Shown here in pieces: positions 10,111-22,771 of a stretch of DNA of 64,000 bases (positions within the stretch are counted from its first letter, which is position 1; the number at the start of each line of letters is the position of its first letter). Below the pieces are notes generated by a model that was not told the DNA's origin, ran no database searches, and saw only the letters and a program-made list of their open reading frames with translations. Location: the NCBI RefSeq assembly GCF_018350175.1, contig NC_058374.1, forward strand, positions 74,896,001-74,960,000, written 5' to 3'. The position numbers were made by a program, and so were the translations under genes. This stretch comes from Felis catus. Taxonomy: Eukaryota.

Positions 10111-11349
10111 CACCTATCTAGGTGTTGCAGAATTGTCTTTAAACATCTTTGGACACTTCTCTCCTCCAGAATGCCTTCTTTTATAATAACTATAATTTTT
10201 GCACCTACTCTCTGCCTAGACTTCATGCCAACATCTCAGTAGCTAACTGGTATCTGGAGAGTTCTGTGAAGTCCAAGAGGACCTTCTAAATACCTTCCTG
10301 TTCTTCCTGTTTAATATAAAGAATATGCCTTTCATTGTTTGTTACCAAGGCATGACATATGAGGTGAGATATCATTTGGCATTTCTATGTGCATATTAGC
10401 TTTTCCTGACATGCTGAAAACAGGAAGACCACCACCAGATAGTACAAGAAAGAAGAAATAGTGGATTTTAACCACATGGGCTTCTCAGTCCAGCTGGCCT
10501 TCTTTTGGGTTCAGTCCTTTTTTTTCCCCCTCATTGTCTGCCAAGTCCTCTAAATTCTGAATTTTAGCTACCAACCGCAACAACTGAATAAAGCTGATTA
10601 TAGTTGGACAAAGTTCTAGATTTCCACCAGCCCCCTAGTTACCTAAATCATTAGAACAGGCATAGGCCCCCTTGAGAAGCCTATCAGAGGGCCCCAGTGC
10701 AAACCGAGGACATTTCAGCTTTCTCCTTTAGAGGAAGTGTCCAGGGTATCCTTTTTCAGCCCCATTAAACCACACCAGCAATGAAAGTAATCTTGGAATG
10801 AGTTCAAATTCAGCTGCTGGCTTAGTTTGTTTGCCTGGAGAATTTGTTGGTCTCATCTCTTTTTTTGTCTATCTAACTTGCTGCTTTGCTCTTGTAATTC
10901 CTGGTCCTAAACTCTAATAGGCTGTGCAATTTACTCCTGACACTTTATTTAGGCACCCTAGTTTGTATGGCAATGTTTAGACCTCTTCCTCAACCCCCTC
11001 TTCCTTAGCCACCATACTGTGTTTACCTGTAGGCTTCATGTACCTGTCTGAGGGATGCTTCTCAGCCTCCCCCATTAGAGGGATGAGGGTTGGACATATG
11101 TCATATTTCCTACAACTGCCCAGATCTCAAAATTCTCTCCCATCATCAATCTACCATAAAATTATGTATCCAAATTTTGATATGTAAGATAAATCAACCA
11201 TAGCCAGCTAAAATACCCTTTACAAGTTGTTCACATTCCTTAGAAACTATATTTGAAATTTAAAAGTTGGTTGATAAACAGAAAAGTAGGTAAAAGTGAA
11301 ACATATGGTCTTGGAATTTAGGATTAAAATTAAAGAAAATCTATTTTTA

Positions 11350-12067
11350 TTTATTTTATTTTATTTTTTATTTTTTTCAATATATGAAATTTATTGTCCA
11401 ATTGATTTCCATACAACACCCAGTGCTCATCCCAAAAGGTGCCCTCCTCAATACCCATCACCCCCCCCCCCACACACACACACACACGCACCCCATCAAC
11501 CCTCAGTTTGTTCTCAGTTTTTAAGAGTCTCTTATGCTTTGGCTCTCTCCCACTCTAACCTCTTTTTTTTTTTCCTTCCCCTCCCCCATGGGTTTCTGTT
11601 AAGTTTCTCAGGATCCACATAAGAGTGAAAACATATGGCATCTGTCTTTCTCTGTATGGCTTATTTCACTTAGCATCACACTCTCCAGTTCCATCCACGT
11701 TGCTACAAAGGGCCATATTTCATTCTTTCTCATTGCCATGTAGTACTCCATTGTGTATATAAACCACAATTTCTTTATCCATTCATCACTTGATGGACAT
11801 TTAGGCTCTTTCCATAATTTGGCTATTGTTGAGAGTGCTGCTATAAACATTGGGGTACAAGTGCCCCTATGCATCAGTACTCCTGTATCCCTTGAGTAAA
11901 TTCTAGCAGTGTTANNNNNNNNNNNNNNNNNNNNNNNNNNNNNNNNNNNNNNNNNNNNNNNNNNNNNNNNNNNNNNNNNNNNNNNNNNNNNNNNNNNNNN
12001 NNNNNNNNNNNNNNNNNNNNNNNNNNNNNNNNNNNNNNNNNNNNNNNNNNNNNNNNNNNNNNNNNNG
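11350..12067 (-). mobile_element. 5'-truncated young felid/carnivore L1 (ORF2 C-terminus + 3' UTR), TSD AAATCTATTTTTA (11337-11349 / 12068-12080)
   Basis: Minus ORF CTPMFIAALSTIAKLWKEPKCPS..EWIKKLWFIYTMEYY is the L1 ORF2p C-terminus; T-rich tail; TSD. Confidence 0.93.
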
Positions 12068-12496
12068 AAATCTATTTTTAAAGAGCTAATCACTGTTTCA
12101 TTATCTCATCCATCTCTCTAATGCTGGAATATTTGTATCCCTTAGTGTTTTACTCAAGAACAGTACAAATAAACAGTGACAAATTCTTACTATCCAGGTT
12201 ATATTTTCTCTTAATTCATTTACCCTCAATTAATATATTCATGTCATAAGAATTTGATACATTATAATTCTTAGTTGGGTTATTTATTTCTTTAATTATA
12301 TCCCAGGTCCAGTGAAATGTAAACTTCCTGTGAACCTTTGATAGTCCCTCCAGATTTAAACTCGTAGGAGTTTATTATAACTCATTACCTGGCACAGTGG
12401 CTAGCATATAATGAGTCCTCAATAAATGTTTGTTGAATGTATGAATTAATAATGAATAGGGATTTCTCAAGATTCTTATTAGGGAGACATTTATAT

Positions 12497-12650
12497 AGGG
12501 CACCTGGATGGCTCTTGATTCTGGCTCTGAGCTGACAGTGTGGAGCCTGCTTGGGATTCTCTCTTGCCCTCTCTCTATGCCCCTCCTCTGCTTGCACACA
12601 CTCTGAATTAATTAATTAATTAATTAATTAATTAATTAAAGTTATTTTAA
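12497..12650 (+). mobile_element. Internally deleted CanSINE with (TAAT)n tail
   Basis: GGGCACCTGGATGGCTC head and GGAGCCTGCTTGGGATTCTCTC core. Confidence 0.75.
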
Positions 12651-13095
12651 AAAGTGGAGGACATTTATAGCTATTTCTCAATATGATGTATTTTTCCCAT
12701 CAGCTGTCTCTATTTTGTGTTGGTTTTTACTAGCATAATTCTCAGAAAATAACATCTTCAAGTTTGGAGATTGCACTAAGATGACCATAAGCAAGGCCTA
12801 AGTACTTCTGAGAAAATGCTTCTGTTCTGGCACTCCCACCCCCAACTGACCTGAAAGTTCCCTACGTGCCTTTTGAGATAGTATTTCCTTGATTTGTGCT
12901 TACATAGTTTTCCAGAAACTCCTGGGCATGATTGATCCCTGGACAGAAAAAGGAGTCTAAAGGATCAAGTGTCTTGGGATAAGACTATAAGTAACAGTGA
13001 CATTTCCTTGCTTTCACCTAGTTAAGGTAGACTAATTAATACAGTAATTCATTAAGAACACTTTCAATGAAGACTTAAGAGTTGGTTTTGGGTAG

Positions 13096-13680
13096 GGGCA
13101 CTTGGCTGGCTCAGTTGGTAGAGCATGTGACTCTTGATCTTGGGGTTGTAAGTTTGAGCCCCACATTGGATATAGAAATTACTTAAAAATAACGTTTTTA
13201 TTATTATTTTTTTTAATGTTTATTTTTGACAGAGAGAAAGACAGAGCACGAGAGGGGGAGGGGCAGAGAGAGAGGGAGACACAGAATCTGAAGCAGGCTC
13301 CAGGCTCTGAGCTGTCAGCACAGAGCCCGAAGCGGGGCTCAAACTCACAGACCACGAGATCATGACCTGAGCCAAAGTCGGACGCTGAACCGACTGAGCC
13401 ACCCAGGCACCCCTAATAATAAAATATTTTTTTAAAAAAAGAGTTAAGAGGTGCCTAGGTGGCTCAGTCAGTTGAGCGTCCAACTTTGGCTCAGGTCATC
13501 ATCTCATGGTTCATGAGCTTGAGCCCTGCATTAGATTCTGTCCTGACAGCTCAGAGCCTGGAGCCTGCTTCGGATTATGTGTCTCCTTCTCTCTCTGCCT
13601 CTCTCCTGCTTATTCTCTGTCTCTCTGTCTCTCCCCCCAAAACAAATAAACAGTTAAAAAACAAGCAAACAAATAAACAA
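13096..13680. mobile_element. Cluster of three CanSINEs: 13096-13190 (+), ~13205-13413 (-), ~13448-13680 (+)
   Basis: Three recognisable SINE heads/bodies; degenerate flanking repeat AGAGTTGGT(T/A)TT..GGTAG at ~13078 and 13681. Confidence 0.9.
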
Positions 13681-14922
13681 AGAGTTGGTATTTGGTAGAA
13701 GGAGGCAGGAATGGATTTCTTCTCAAATTTCAATCTTTATGTTAAAGTTAGAAACTCCAGAATGTAGGGGGAACTTTTCCAGCTTTTCCTTTCCCAAAAC
13801 TTTGACATCTTTATTGAGATATAGTCCACATATCATAAAATTCACCTACTTAAAGTATATAATTTGGGCTTTGGAATTCCAACTTCTCATTCCTCATGTA
13901 AGTAGCTTGGAAGTCATCACCACATCAATAAGTAATAAGTAAAAGTAAAAAGACTGAAATATTAACAGTTCTTCTTGGATTCATAAGAAACTGCTAGCCC
14001 CAAAGTTGGAGAGACAGATAGACAAGTAGAGTTAATCACAGGTTCCTAGAGCAGAGACGCATGAGCGGAAGTCTTCTCGGAACCAGTGATGAGGTAACAA
14101 GTTGTTGGAGGCTCAGTGTAGAATTCCGAGAGTTGAAAACTACAGGGGGACCGAGTCAAAGGGAGTCCCCATAATACTGTGAGATTTTCTTTCAGGAGCT
14201 CAATTAGATTCTCACAGCAATATCAGAAAAATCCCCTGGAGCTTCCAACAGGGTGAGGAGAAAAGGAAACATTTGAAATACATGAGAGCATTCTTTTCCT
14301 GTTAACAAGCCCCGCCTTCAGAGGAAACTAGTTAACCAGGGCCTAACTGACCTGAGGAGGAAAAATACCCAACTCTAGCCCATTCTAGCCATCCTGTCCC
14401 ACCTAAAGGGAGAAAAACCTGAGAAATGCTTGTGAAGTTCACAGTCTAGAGGCATAAGCTGAAATGTAATCATAAGACTATAGAATGCTTCCTTTCCTCA
14501 CCACATCTTATCACCACATGACTAAAGGCCTATGTACAGCACTTCTTTTTACCCATTACATCATGTCTGGCTATCAAGAAAAAATTACAGGCATATAAAA
14601 AGGCAAAAAACACAATTTGAAAAGACAGAGCAAACATCAAAACCAAACATGGCAGGGATGTTGGCATTAGCAGACTAGGAATTTTAAAAACCTATGACTA
14701 ATGTACTAAGGACTGTAATGAATAAAATAGCATGCAAAACAGAGAAGCAATGTAAGCAGACAGATGGAAATCCTAAGAAAAAGCACCCCCTCCCAAATGC
14801 CAGAAATTTAAAAAAAAAAAACACTATAACAGAAATGAAGAATGCCTTTTGTATTAGTAAACTGAACATGGCTGAGGAGAGTCTCTGAACTAGAGGATAT
14901 ATCAATACAATTCTCAAAAACC

Positions 14923-14958
<36 letters not shown>

Positions 14959-15486
14959 GACTGAAGAACATATAACAGAATACCCAATGACTGTGGTACA
15001 ACTACAACAGATGTAACATACACATAATCAGANNNNNNNNNNNNNNNNNNNNNNNNNNNNNNNNNNNNNNNNNNNNNNNNNNNNNNNNNNNNNNNNNNNN
15101 NNNNNNNNNNNNNNNNNNNNNNNNNNNNNNNNNNNNNNNNNNNNNNNNNNNNNNNNNNNNNNNNNNNNNNNNNNNNNNNNNNNNNNNNNNNNNNNNNNNN
15201 NNNNNNNNNNNNNNNNNNNNNNNNNNNNNNNNNNNNNNNNNNNNNNNNNNNNNNNNNNNNNNNNNNNNNNNNNNNNNNNNNNNNNNNNNNNNNNNNNNNN
15301 NNNNNNNNNNNNNNNNNNNNNNNNNNNNNNNNNNNNNNNNNNNNTGCAACCAGGAAGAGAGTGAAGTGAAACATTTGAAATGTAGAGAGAATAAATCAGA
15401 ACCAGAATTCTGTACCCTGCAAAACTATTGTTTAAAAGTGAAGAAATAGACTTTCTCAGACTAATTGAGGGAATTTGTTGCTAATT

Positions 15487-15790
15487 TGGGGGTTAAGGGC
15501 ACAGTTGAAAATCTATATATAACTTTTTATTGCCCCAAAACTTAACTACTAATAGCCTACTGTTGACTGGAAGTCTTACTAATAACATAAATGGTCAATT
15601 AACATATTTTGTATGTTATATATATTATATTCTCACAATAAAGTGAGCTAGGGAAAAGATAGTGTTATTAAGAAAATCATAAGAAAAAAAGCGAATCATA
15701 AGGAATAAAAAATCCATTTACGGTACTGTAAAAAATCTGCATATAAGTGGACCTGCACAGTTTAAACCAGTGTTGCTCAAAGGTCAACTG
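15487..15790. mobile_element. Tigger2-family (TcMar) non-autonomous element inside L1
   Basis: Terminal GTGTTGCTCAAAGGTCAACTG|TA; internal AATAGCCTACTGTTGACTGGAAG. Confidence 0.75.
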
Positions 15791-18700
15791 TATATGCTTA
15801 TGTATGTTTATATATAACTGAAATGAATGACAGCAATGGTACAAGGGATAGGAGAAAGGAATTAGGATTATTTTGTTATTTTAGGTATTCACACCACTCG
15901 TGAAGTGGTATAGTGCTACTTGAAAGTGGACTTAGATTAGTTGTACATAAATATTGCAAACTCTAGGGCAGCCACTGAAAAAGTAAAAAAGCATTACTGA
16001 TATGCTAAGAAAGGAGAATGGAATGATATAGACTGCTCAGTTAAAACCACAAAAGGCAGAAAAAGAGTAGAAGACAAAAATAGGAACAAAGAACAAGGGC
16101 AATAAATAGAAAACAGCAATGAATGTGGTAGATATTGACCCAACTATGTCAATAATCACTTTGAGTGTCAATGGTCTAAATGCATCAATTAATGTATTGT
16201 CAGAGTTAATCGAAAACATGCCCCAACTATGTGTTAACTATAAGAAAACCACCATAAATATAAAGATACATATAGATTAAAGGTAGAGGTAGAAAAATAT
16301 ATCATGCTAATGCTAGTTTTAAAAAGGAGCAATAGCTCTATTAATTTCAGACACAGCAGACTTCAAAGTAAAAAAAGTTATCAAATATAAAGAAGGGCAT
16401 TGCATAATGATAAAGGGGTCAATTCTCCAATAAGATATAACTTCTTAATGTATATGCACCTAACAACGCAGCATTAAACTACCTGAGGCAAAAGCTAATA
16501 GAAGTGAAAGGAGAAATAGATCCACTATCAGAATTGGAGACTTCAACACTCTTCTTTCTGAAAGGGACAGATTCAGCAGACAGGGAATAGGTAAAGACAT
16601 AGCTGAACTTAACAACACCATCTATCAAATGGATATAAATGACATCAACAGTTCATCCAACAGCAGCAGAATACACATTTTTCTCAAGCTCACATGGAAC
16701 ATTCACCAAGATAGACCACATTCTGGGCCATAAAACATACCTTAACTGAAAGAACAGAAATTCTACAATGTTTGTTTTCAGGCCATAATGGAATCAAACT
16801 AGAAACCAATAATAGAAAACTGGAAATCCTGAATACGTGGGGACTAAACAACANNNNNNNNNNNNNNNNNNNNNNNNNNNNNNNNNNNNNNNNNNNNNNN
16901 NNNNNNNNNNNNNNNNNNNNNNNNNNNNNNNNNNNNNNNNNNNNNNNNNNNNNNNNNNNNNNNNNNNNNNNNNNNNNNNNNNNNNNNNNNNNNNATATAA
17001 GAAAAAAAGGTCTAAAAGCAATTACTGAAGTTTCCAACTTGGGAAACTATAAGAGAAGACCAAATTAAATCCAAAGTAAGCAGAAAAAAAGAGATAATAA
17101 GAATTAGAGCAGAAATCAATAAAATTGAAAATAAAAAATCAATGAAACCATAAGCTGGTTCTTTGAAAATATCAATAAAATCAGTAAGACTTAAACAGGC
17201 TAACTAAGGGGAAAAAAGAGAGGACACAAATTACTTCTATCAGAAATAAAAGAGGGACATCACTACAGATTCCAGGGAAAGTAAAAGGACAACAAAAGAA
17301 TATTATGAACAACTCTGTGCCCACAAATTTGATAGCCTAAATGAAATGGACCAATTCCTTGAAAGATACAATGTGCCAAATCTCACACAAGAAGAAACAG
17401 ATGACCCAAATAGGCATAAATCTGTTAAAGAAATTGAACTAATANNNNNNNNNNNNNNNNNNNNNNNNNNNNNNNNNNNNNNNNNNNNNNNNNNNNNNNN
17501 NNNNNNNNNNNNNNNNNNNNNNNNNNNNNNNNNNNNNNNNNNNNNNNNNNNNNNNNNNNNNNNNNNNNNNNNNNNNNNNNACGAGGTCAGCATTACCATA
17601 ATACCCAAACCAGACAAAGATGTTAAAAGAAAAGAAGACTACAGATCAACATCTCTTATGAACATAGATGTAAAAATCCTCAATAAAATATTATCAAATT
17701 GAATTCAATAAAGTATAAAAAGAATTATATACCATGATCAAGAGCCATTTGATCTGGTTCAACATTTGAAAATCAATTAATTAGCAAATTGAATCCAAAA
17801 AAGTATAAAAAGAATTATATACCATGATCAAGAGTAATTTATCACAGGTATTCAAGGCTGGTTCAACACTTCAAAATTAATTAATATAATTCATCACATA
17901 AACAGATCAAAATAGAAAAATCACATGATCATATCAATAAATACAGAAATAGCATATGACAAAATCCAACACCCATTCATAATAAAAATTTTTAGTAAAC
18001 TAGGATTATAGGAGAACTATCTCAACTTGATAACAAATATCAGTGGAAACTTACAGTTAACATCATACTTAATATTGAGAAACTTGAAGCTTTCCCACTA
18101 AGATAAGGTACAAGGCAAAGATGTTTCTCTCATTACTCCTTTTCAACGTTGTACTAGAAGTCTTAGCTAATGCAACAAGTCAAGAAAAGCTAATAAAAAG
18201 TGTACTGATTGAGAAGGAAGACATAAAACTGTCTTTGTTCACGGGTGATATGATTGTTTGCACAGGAAATTTCAAAGAATTAACAAAAACTCCTGGAACT
18301 AATCAGTGATTATAGGAAGGTTATAGGATGGAGGTTAATATGCAAAAGTCAATTGTTTTCCTGTATACTAACAATGAAAAAATGGAATTTGAAGTTAAAA
18401 ACACACTACCATTTACATTAGCACTCCCAAAATGAAATACTTAGGGATAAAGCTAACAAAATATATACATTGTCTTTATGAGGAAAATTTTAGAAACTCT
18501 GGTGAATGAAATAAAAGAAGAACTGAATAGAGAAATATTCCATGTTCACAGATAGGAAAACTCAATATTGTCTAGATGTCAGTTCTTCCCAACTTAGTAT
18601 ATAGATTAAATGCAATCCCAATCAAAATTCCAGCAAGTAATTTTATGGGTATCAACATATTGGTTCTGAACTTCATATGAAGAGACCAAAGACCCAGAAT

Positions 18701-19149
18701 AGCCAACATGATATTGAATGAGAAGAACAAAGTTGGAGGACAGACCCTACCTACCTTCAAGATTTACTGTGAAGCTAATCAAGACATTGTGATATTGGTC
18801 AAAGTATTAACAACTAGATCAGGGGAAGAGAATAGAGGGTCCAAAAATAGACCCTCATGAATATAATCAATTGATCTTTCACATAGGAGTCAAGGCAGTA
18901 CAATTGAGCAAAGATAGTCTCTTCAACAAAAGATGATGGAACAACTGGACATCCATGGGCAAAAAAGTGAATCTAGACACAGACTTTATGCCCTTTACAA
19001 AAACTAATTACAAATGGATCATAAACTTAAATATAAAATGAAAAAATATACAACTACTGGAAGATAACATAGGACAAAACCTAGGTGACCTTGGGTATGG
19101 TGATGACTTTTTAGATACAATACCAAAGACATTACTCATGAAGGAAATT

Positions 19150-19626
19150 CAGTTGACCCTTGACCAACACAGGTTTGAAATGTGTGAATCCACTTACTTA
19201 TACACAGGTTTTTTTTTTTACAGTACAGTACTATAAATGTATTTTCCTTATGACTTCCTTAATAATCTTTTCTCTAGCCCACTTTAAGAATACAGTATAA
19301 TAGTATAATATACAAAATATGTATTAATCAACTATTTACATTATTGGTAAGGCTTCCAGTCAACAGTAGGCTATTAGTACAGTTGACTCTTGAACAACAC
19401 AGGGCTTAAGGGCACCAACCCCTTATGCAGTTGAAAATCTGCATATAACTTTTGACTCCCCCAAAAGTTAACTACTAACAGTAGTAACTATTAACTATGC
19501 ACAAGTAGACCCATGCAGTTCAAACCCATGTTGTTCAAGGGTGAACTGCAATTAAGTTTTTTGGGATTCAAAATTTATACACAGATTTTTTATTGCATAG
19601 GGGTCACATGACTCAAGGGCCAACTA
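19150..19626. mobile_element. Tigger2-family element with a second, inverted Tigger2 copy (19380-19548) nested in it
   Basis: TIRs CAGTTGACCCTTGA(C/A)CAACAC at 19150 and 19380, and their complements ending at 19548 and 19626. Confidence 0.8.
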
Positions 19627-19659
19627 CAATTGATAAGCTCAACTTCATTAAAATGAAAG

Positions 19660-21900
19660 CGTACAATTCAATGGTATATACTATGTTCATAGAGTTTTGC
19701 AGTCACTTTAAGTTTAGGACATTTCCATCACATGCAAAAGACATCTTGTGTTCATCAGCAGTCACTCCTCATTTCCCCATAGTGCTAGGCAACTGCTAAT
19801 CTGCTTTCTGTTTCTATAAATTTGCCTATTTCATATGAATGGTATCATATAGTATGAGGTCTTTTGTGTTAGCTTCTTTTACTCAGCGTAATGTTTTTAT
19901 GGTTGCAGGGTATCTGTACTTCATTGTTTTTATTGGCAAGTAATATTCTATTATATGGATATGCCACATTTTATTTATTCATTCATCACTGGNNNNNNNN
20001 NNNNNNNNNNNNNNNNNNNNNNNNNNNNNNNNNNNNNNNNNNNNNNNNNNNNNNNNNNNNNNNNNNNNNNNNNNNNNNNNNNNNNNNNNNNNNNNNNNNN
20101 NNNNNNNNNNNNNNNNNNNNNNNNNNNNNNNNNNNNNNNNNNNNNNNNNNNNNNNNNNNNNNNNNNNNNNNNNNNNNNNNNNNNNNNNNNNNNNNNNNNN
20201 NNNNNNNNNNAAGCTGTTTTCCATAGTGACGACATCACTTTACACTTGTACCTGCAAGACACAAGAGTTCTACTTTCTCCACATCCTCTCCAATACTTGT
20301 TATTTTCCTTTTTTTAAAATAGTCATCCTAATAGATGTGAAGTGGAATTTCATTGTGGTTTTGATTTGCATTTCCCTAGTGATTAGCGATGTTGAACATC
20401 TTTTCATATGTTTATTGGTTATTTGTATATTTTATTTAGAGAAATGTCTAAACCTTTGCCCATTTTTTGTTTTTTAATATTACAATTTTATTAGATATTT
20501 CACTGAACAGAATATGTTTTTTAAATTGGTAGACTTTGTTTGTTACAGAAGTTTTAGTCTTACAGAAAGTTGAGCAGTTTGCACACAGAGTTTCCTCTCC
20601 TGTGGTCAGTTTCCATTTACTATTACTACTTAGTGAGGAACATTTGTTACAGTTGATGAGCCAATATTGATACATTATTAGTGATTAGAGTCCATAGTTT
20701 ATGTTAAAGTTCACTCTTGGTGTTGTGAAGTTCTATGAGTTTTGACAAATATGCCATGTCATGTATGCAGCATTATAGCATCATACAGAATAAGTTTACT
20801 GGCCTAAAACCCCCCTGTGCTCTACATATTTATCATTCCCTCTCTACTCTAAGCCCTTGAAAACCATTGATCTTTTTACTATCTCTATAGTTTTACCTTT
20901 GCCAGAATGTTACTTAGTTGGAAACATATAGTATGTAACCTTTTCAGACAGGTTTCTTTGACTAAGCAATATGTATTTAAGTTTCCTCTATATCTTTTCT
21001 TGGCTTCATAGGTCATTTCTTTTTCTTGCTGAATACTATTCCATTGAATTGATGCATCACAGTTTATCCATTCACCTTTTGAGGGACATTTTGGTTACTT
21101 CCAGTTTTGGGCAACTATGAATAAGCTCTTATGAACATTTGTGTGCATGTTTTTGTGTGGATGTAGTTTTCAACTCATTTGGGTAAATACTTAGAGAAAT
21201 GTGATTGCTGGATCATACAGTAAAGCTCTATTTAGATTTGTAAGGAACTGCCAAATTGTCTTTTAAAGGGACTGTACCATTTTGCATTCCCACCAACAAA
21301 AGAGTTCCTGGTGCTCCACATTCTTGTCAGCTTTTGGTACTATCAGGTTTATTAATTTTTTTGATGTTAGCCAGTCTAACAATATGTAGTAGTACCTCTC
21401 TGTTTTAATTTGCAGTTCCCGAATGACATACGATGCTGGGCATCATTTTATATGATTATTTGCCATCTGTGTATCTTTACCGGTGAGGTATCTGTTCAGA
21501 CCTTTTGCCCATTTCTGAATTGGGTTATTATCTTTTAAAAAATTCTTTATTTATTTTGAGAGAGAGAAAGAGAGTGTGCATGCAGGAGGGGCAGAGAGAG
21601 AGAAAGAGAGAGAGAGAGAGAGGGAATTCCAAGCAAGCTCCTCACCATCAGTGAGGGGGGGCTCAGACTCATGAACTGTGAGATCATGACCTGAGCCAAA
21701 ATCAAGAGTCAGATGCTCAACCCGACTAAGCCATCCAGGTGCCCCAAGGTTATTATCTTTTTTATTATTGAGTGGCAAGAGTTATTTATATATTCTGGAT
21801 ACCTACCCATCTGTTATCACATATATGATTTGCAGATATTTTCTTCCATTCTTTAGGCTGTCTTTGGATGGTAACGTTTGCATCACAAAAGTTACTTTTG
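19660..21900 (-). mobile_element. Old L1M 3'-region fragments (antisense)
   Basis: Typical antisense L1 blocks such as TTCATTGTGGTTTTGATTTGCATTTCCCTAGTGATTAGCGATGTTGAACATCTTTTCATATG. Confidence 0.85.
21537..21747 (-). mobile_element. CanSINE, TSD GGTTATTATCTTTT (21523-21536 / 21748-21761)
   Basis: SINE body plus exact 14-bp TSD. Confidence 0.95.
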
Positions 21901-22539
21901 TGTATTCCAGTGGTTTTATCTTTATTCTTATTGTTTGCAGCCAGAATATGCAGGGGCAGAAAAAAAGTAAGCAAGAGGGAGGGCATAGGAAGTCAGGAGA
22001 GGAGAGATGCCTGTGGAGAGGCATTGCAACAAAGACCTGGGTGAAGTGGAAAGAGTAAAGAGGATCTGAGGAAAGGATGCACCCTTAGCTCTGGGAGTTC
22101 TTGGCCCATGTTGCCTCCACGGACACTGTTTGCTTTGTAGCCCTGTATTTTCTCAGAGAAAGGTACATAAATATAAAAGTTTTTGGCGTCCCTCTACAGA
22201 AAATACCGGTGTTCAATGTTCCTCCAGGGCAGGGACTCTATTTCATTTATCTTTTCATCCTCAGCACCTAATACAAAACCTGGCGCAAAGACTTTCCACG
22301 AATGCTTGTTCAAAGAGTGACAGAGGTGTGAGATAATGCATAAGGCCAGAGGGGGAGGTTTATTATTAGTTGTTGAGGATGTTTGAATGCAAGGAGTCTC
22401 AGTCTGGCTAGGAAACAGTTGTCTCTGCAGACAACATGAGAGGCAACTAAATAATTTCTGATTCCCACTATGTACAGGAGCTGATGGCTCCCGAGACAGA
22501 GATGGGGACCCGAGAACCTTCTGGGGAGTGAGGAGAAGC

Positions 22540-22771
22540 TGATGCCATATCTGAGCTGTCCTTGGGAGGAGGAGGGAGGGGAGGAGAAAGAGGAGCAGGA
22601 GGAGGCGGAGCCTCCGGGCCAGCATCAGCTAGTGGAGGTTGGGAAGCCTCTCCTCTTTCCCCTCCCTTGTTGCCTCCACCTGGCTCCTCCCCGCGTTCTC
22701 CAAGCTCCCCTCCCCCTTCCCCAAGGACAGTCTGCAAGGAAGCCGTGGCGGAGGAGAGCTAAGACTAAAAG
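22540..22771 (+). promoter_or_regulatory. PFKM: PFKM distal (ubiquitous) promoter and non-coding exon 1
   Basis: GC-rich patch with Sp/KLF-type boxes (GGAGGCGGAG at 22601-22610), ending in GGAGAGCTAAGACTAAAAG, which I recall as the human PFKM 5' UTR joined to AGTGGATCATG. Donor AAG|GCAAGA. Confidence 0.65.

Larger units (their letters stand above)
13950..19660 (+). mobile_element. Old degraded L1 (5' region, ORF1 and ORF2 remnants), interrupted by Tigger2 elements and gaps
   Basis: Translated fragments [60 protein letters not shown] and [25 protein letters not shown] match L1 ORF2p; many stops and frameshifts. Confidence 0.9.

Noticed and set aside
11608-12093. 161-aa ORF as a host gene or active L1
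   Set aside because: It is the ORF2p C-terminus of a ~720-bp 5'-truncated L1, inflated by Ns.
13220-13698. Recurrent ORFs of the type MAQSVERPTLAQV.. (also near 34.6, 35.0, 54.5 and 62.6 kb)
   Set aside because: Translations of CanSINE consensus, not a gene family.
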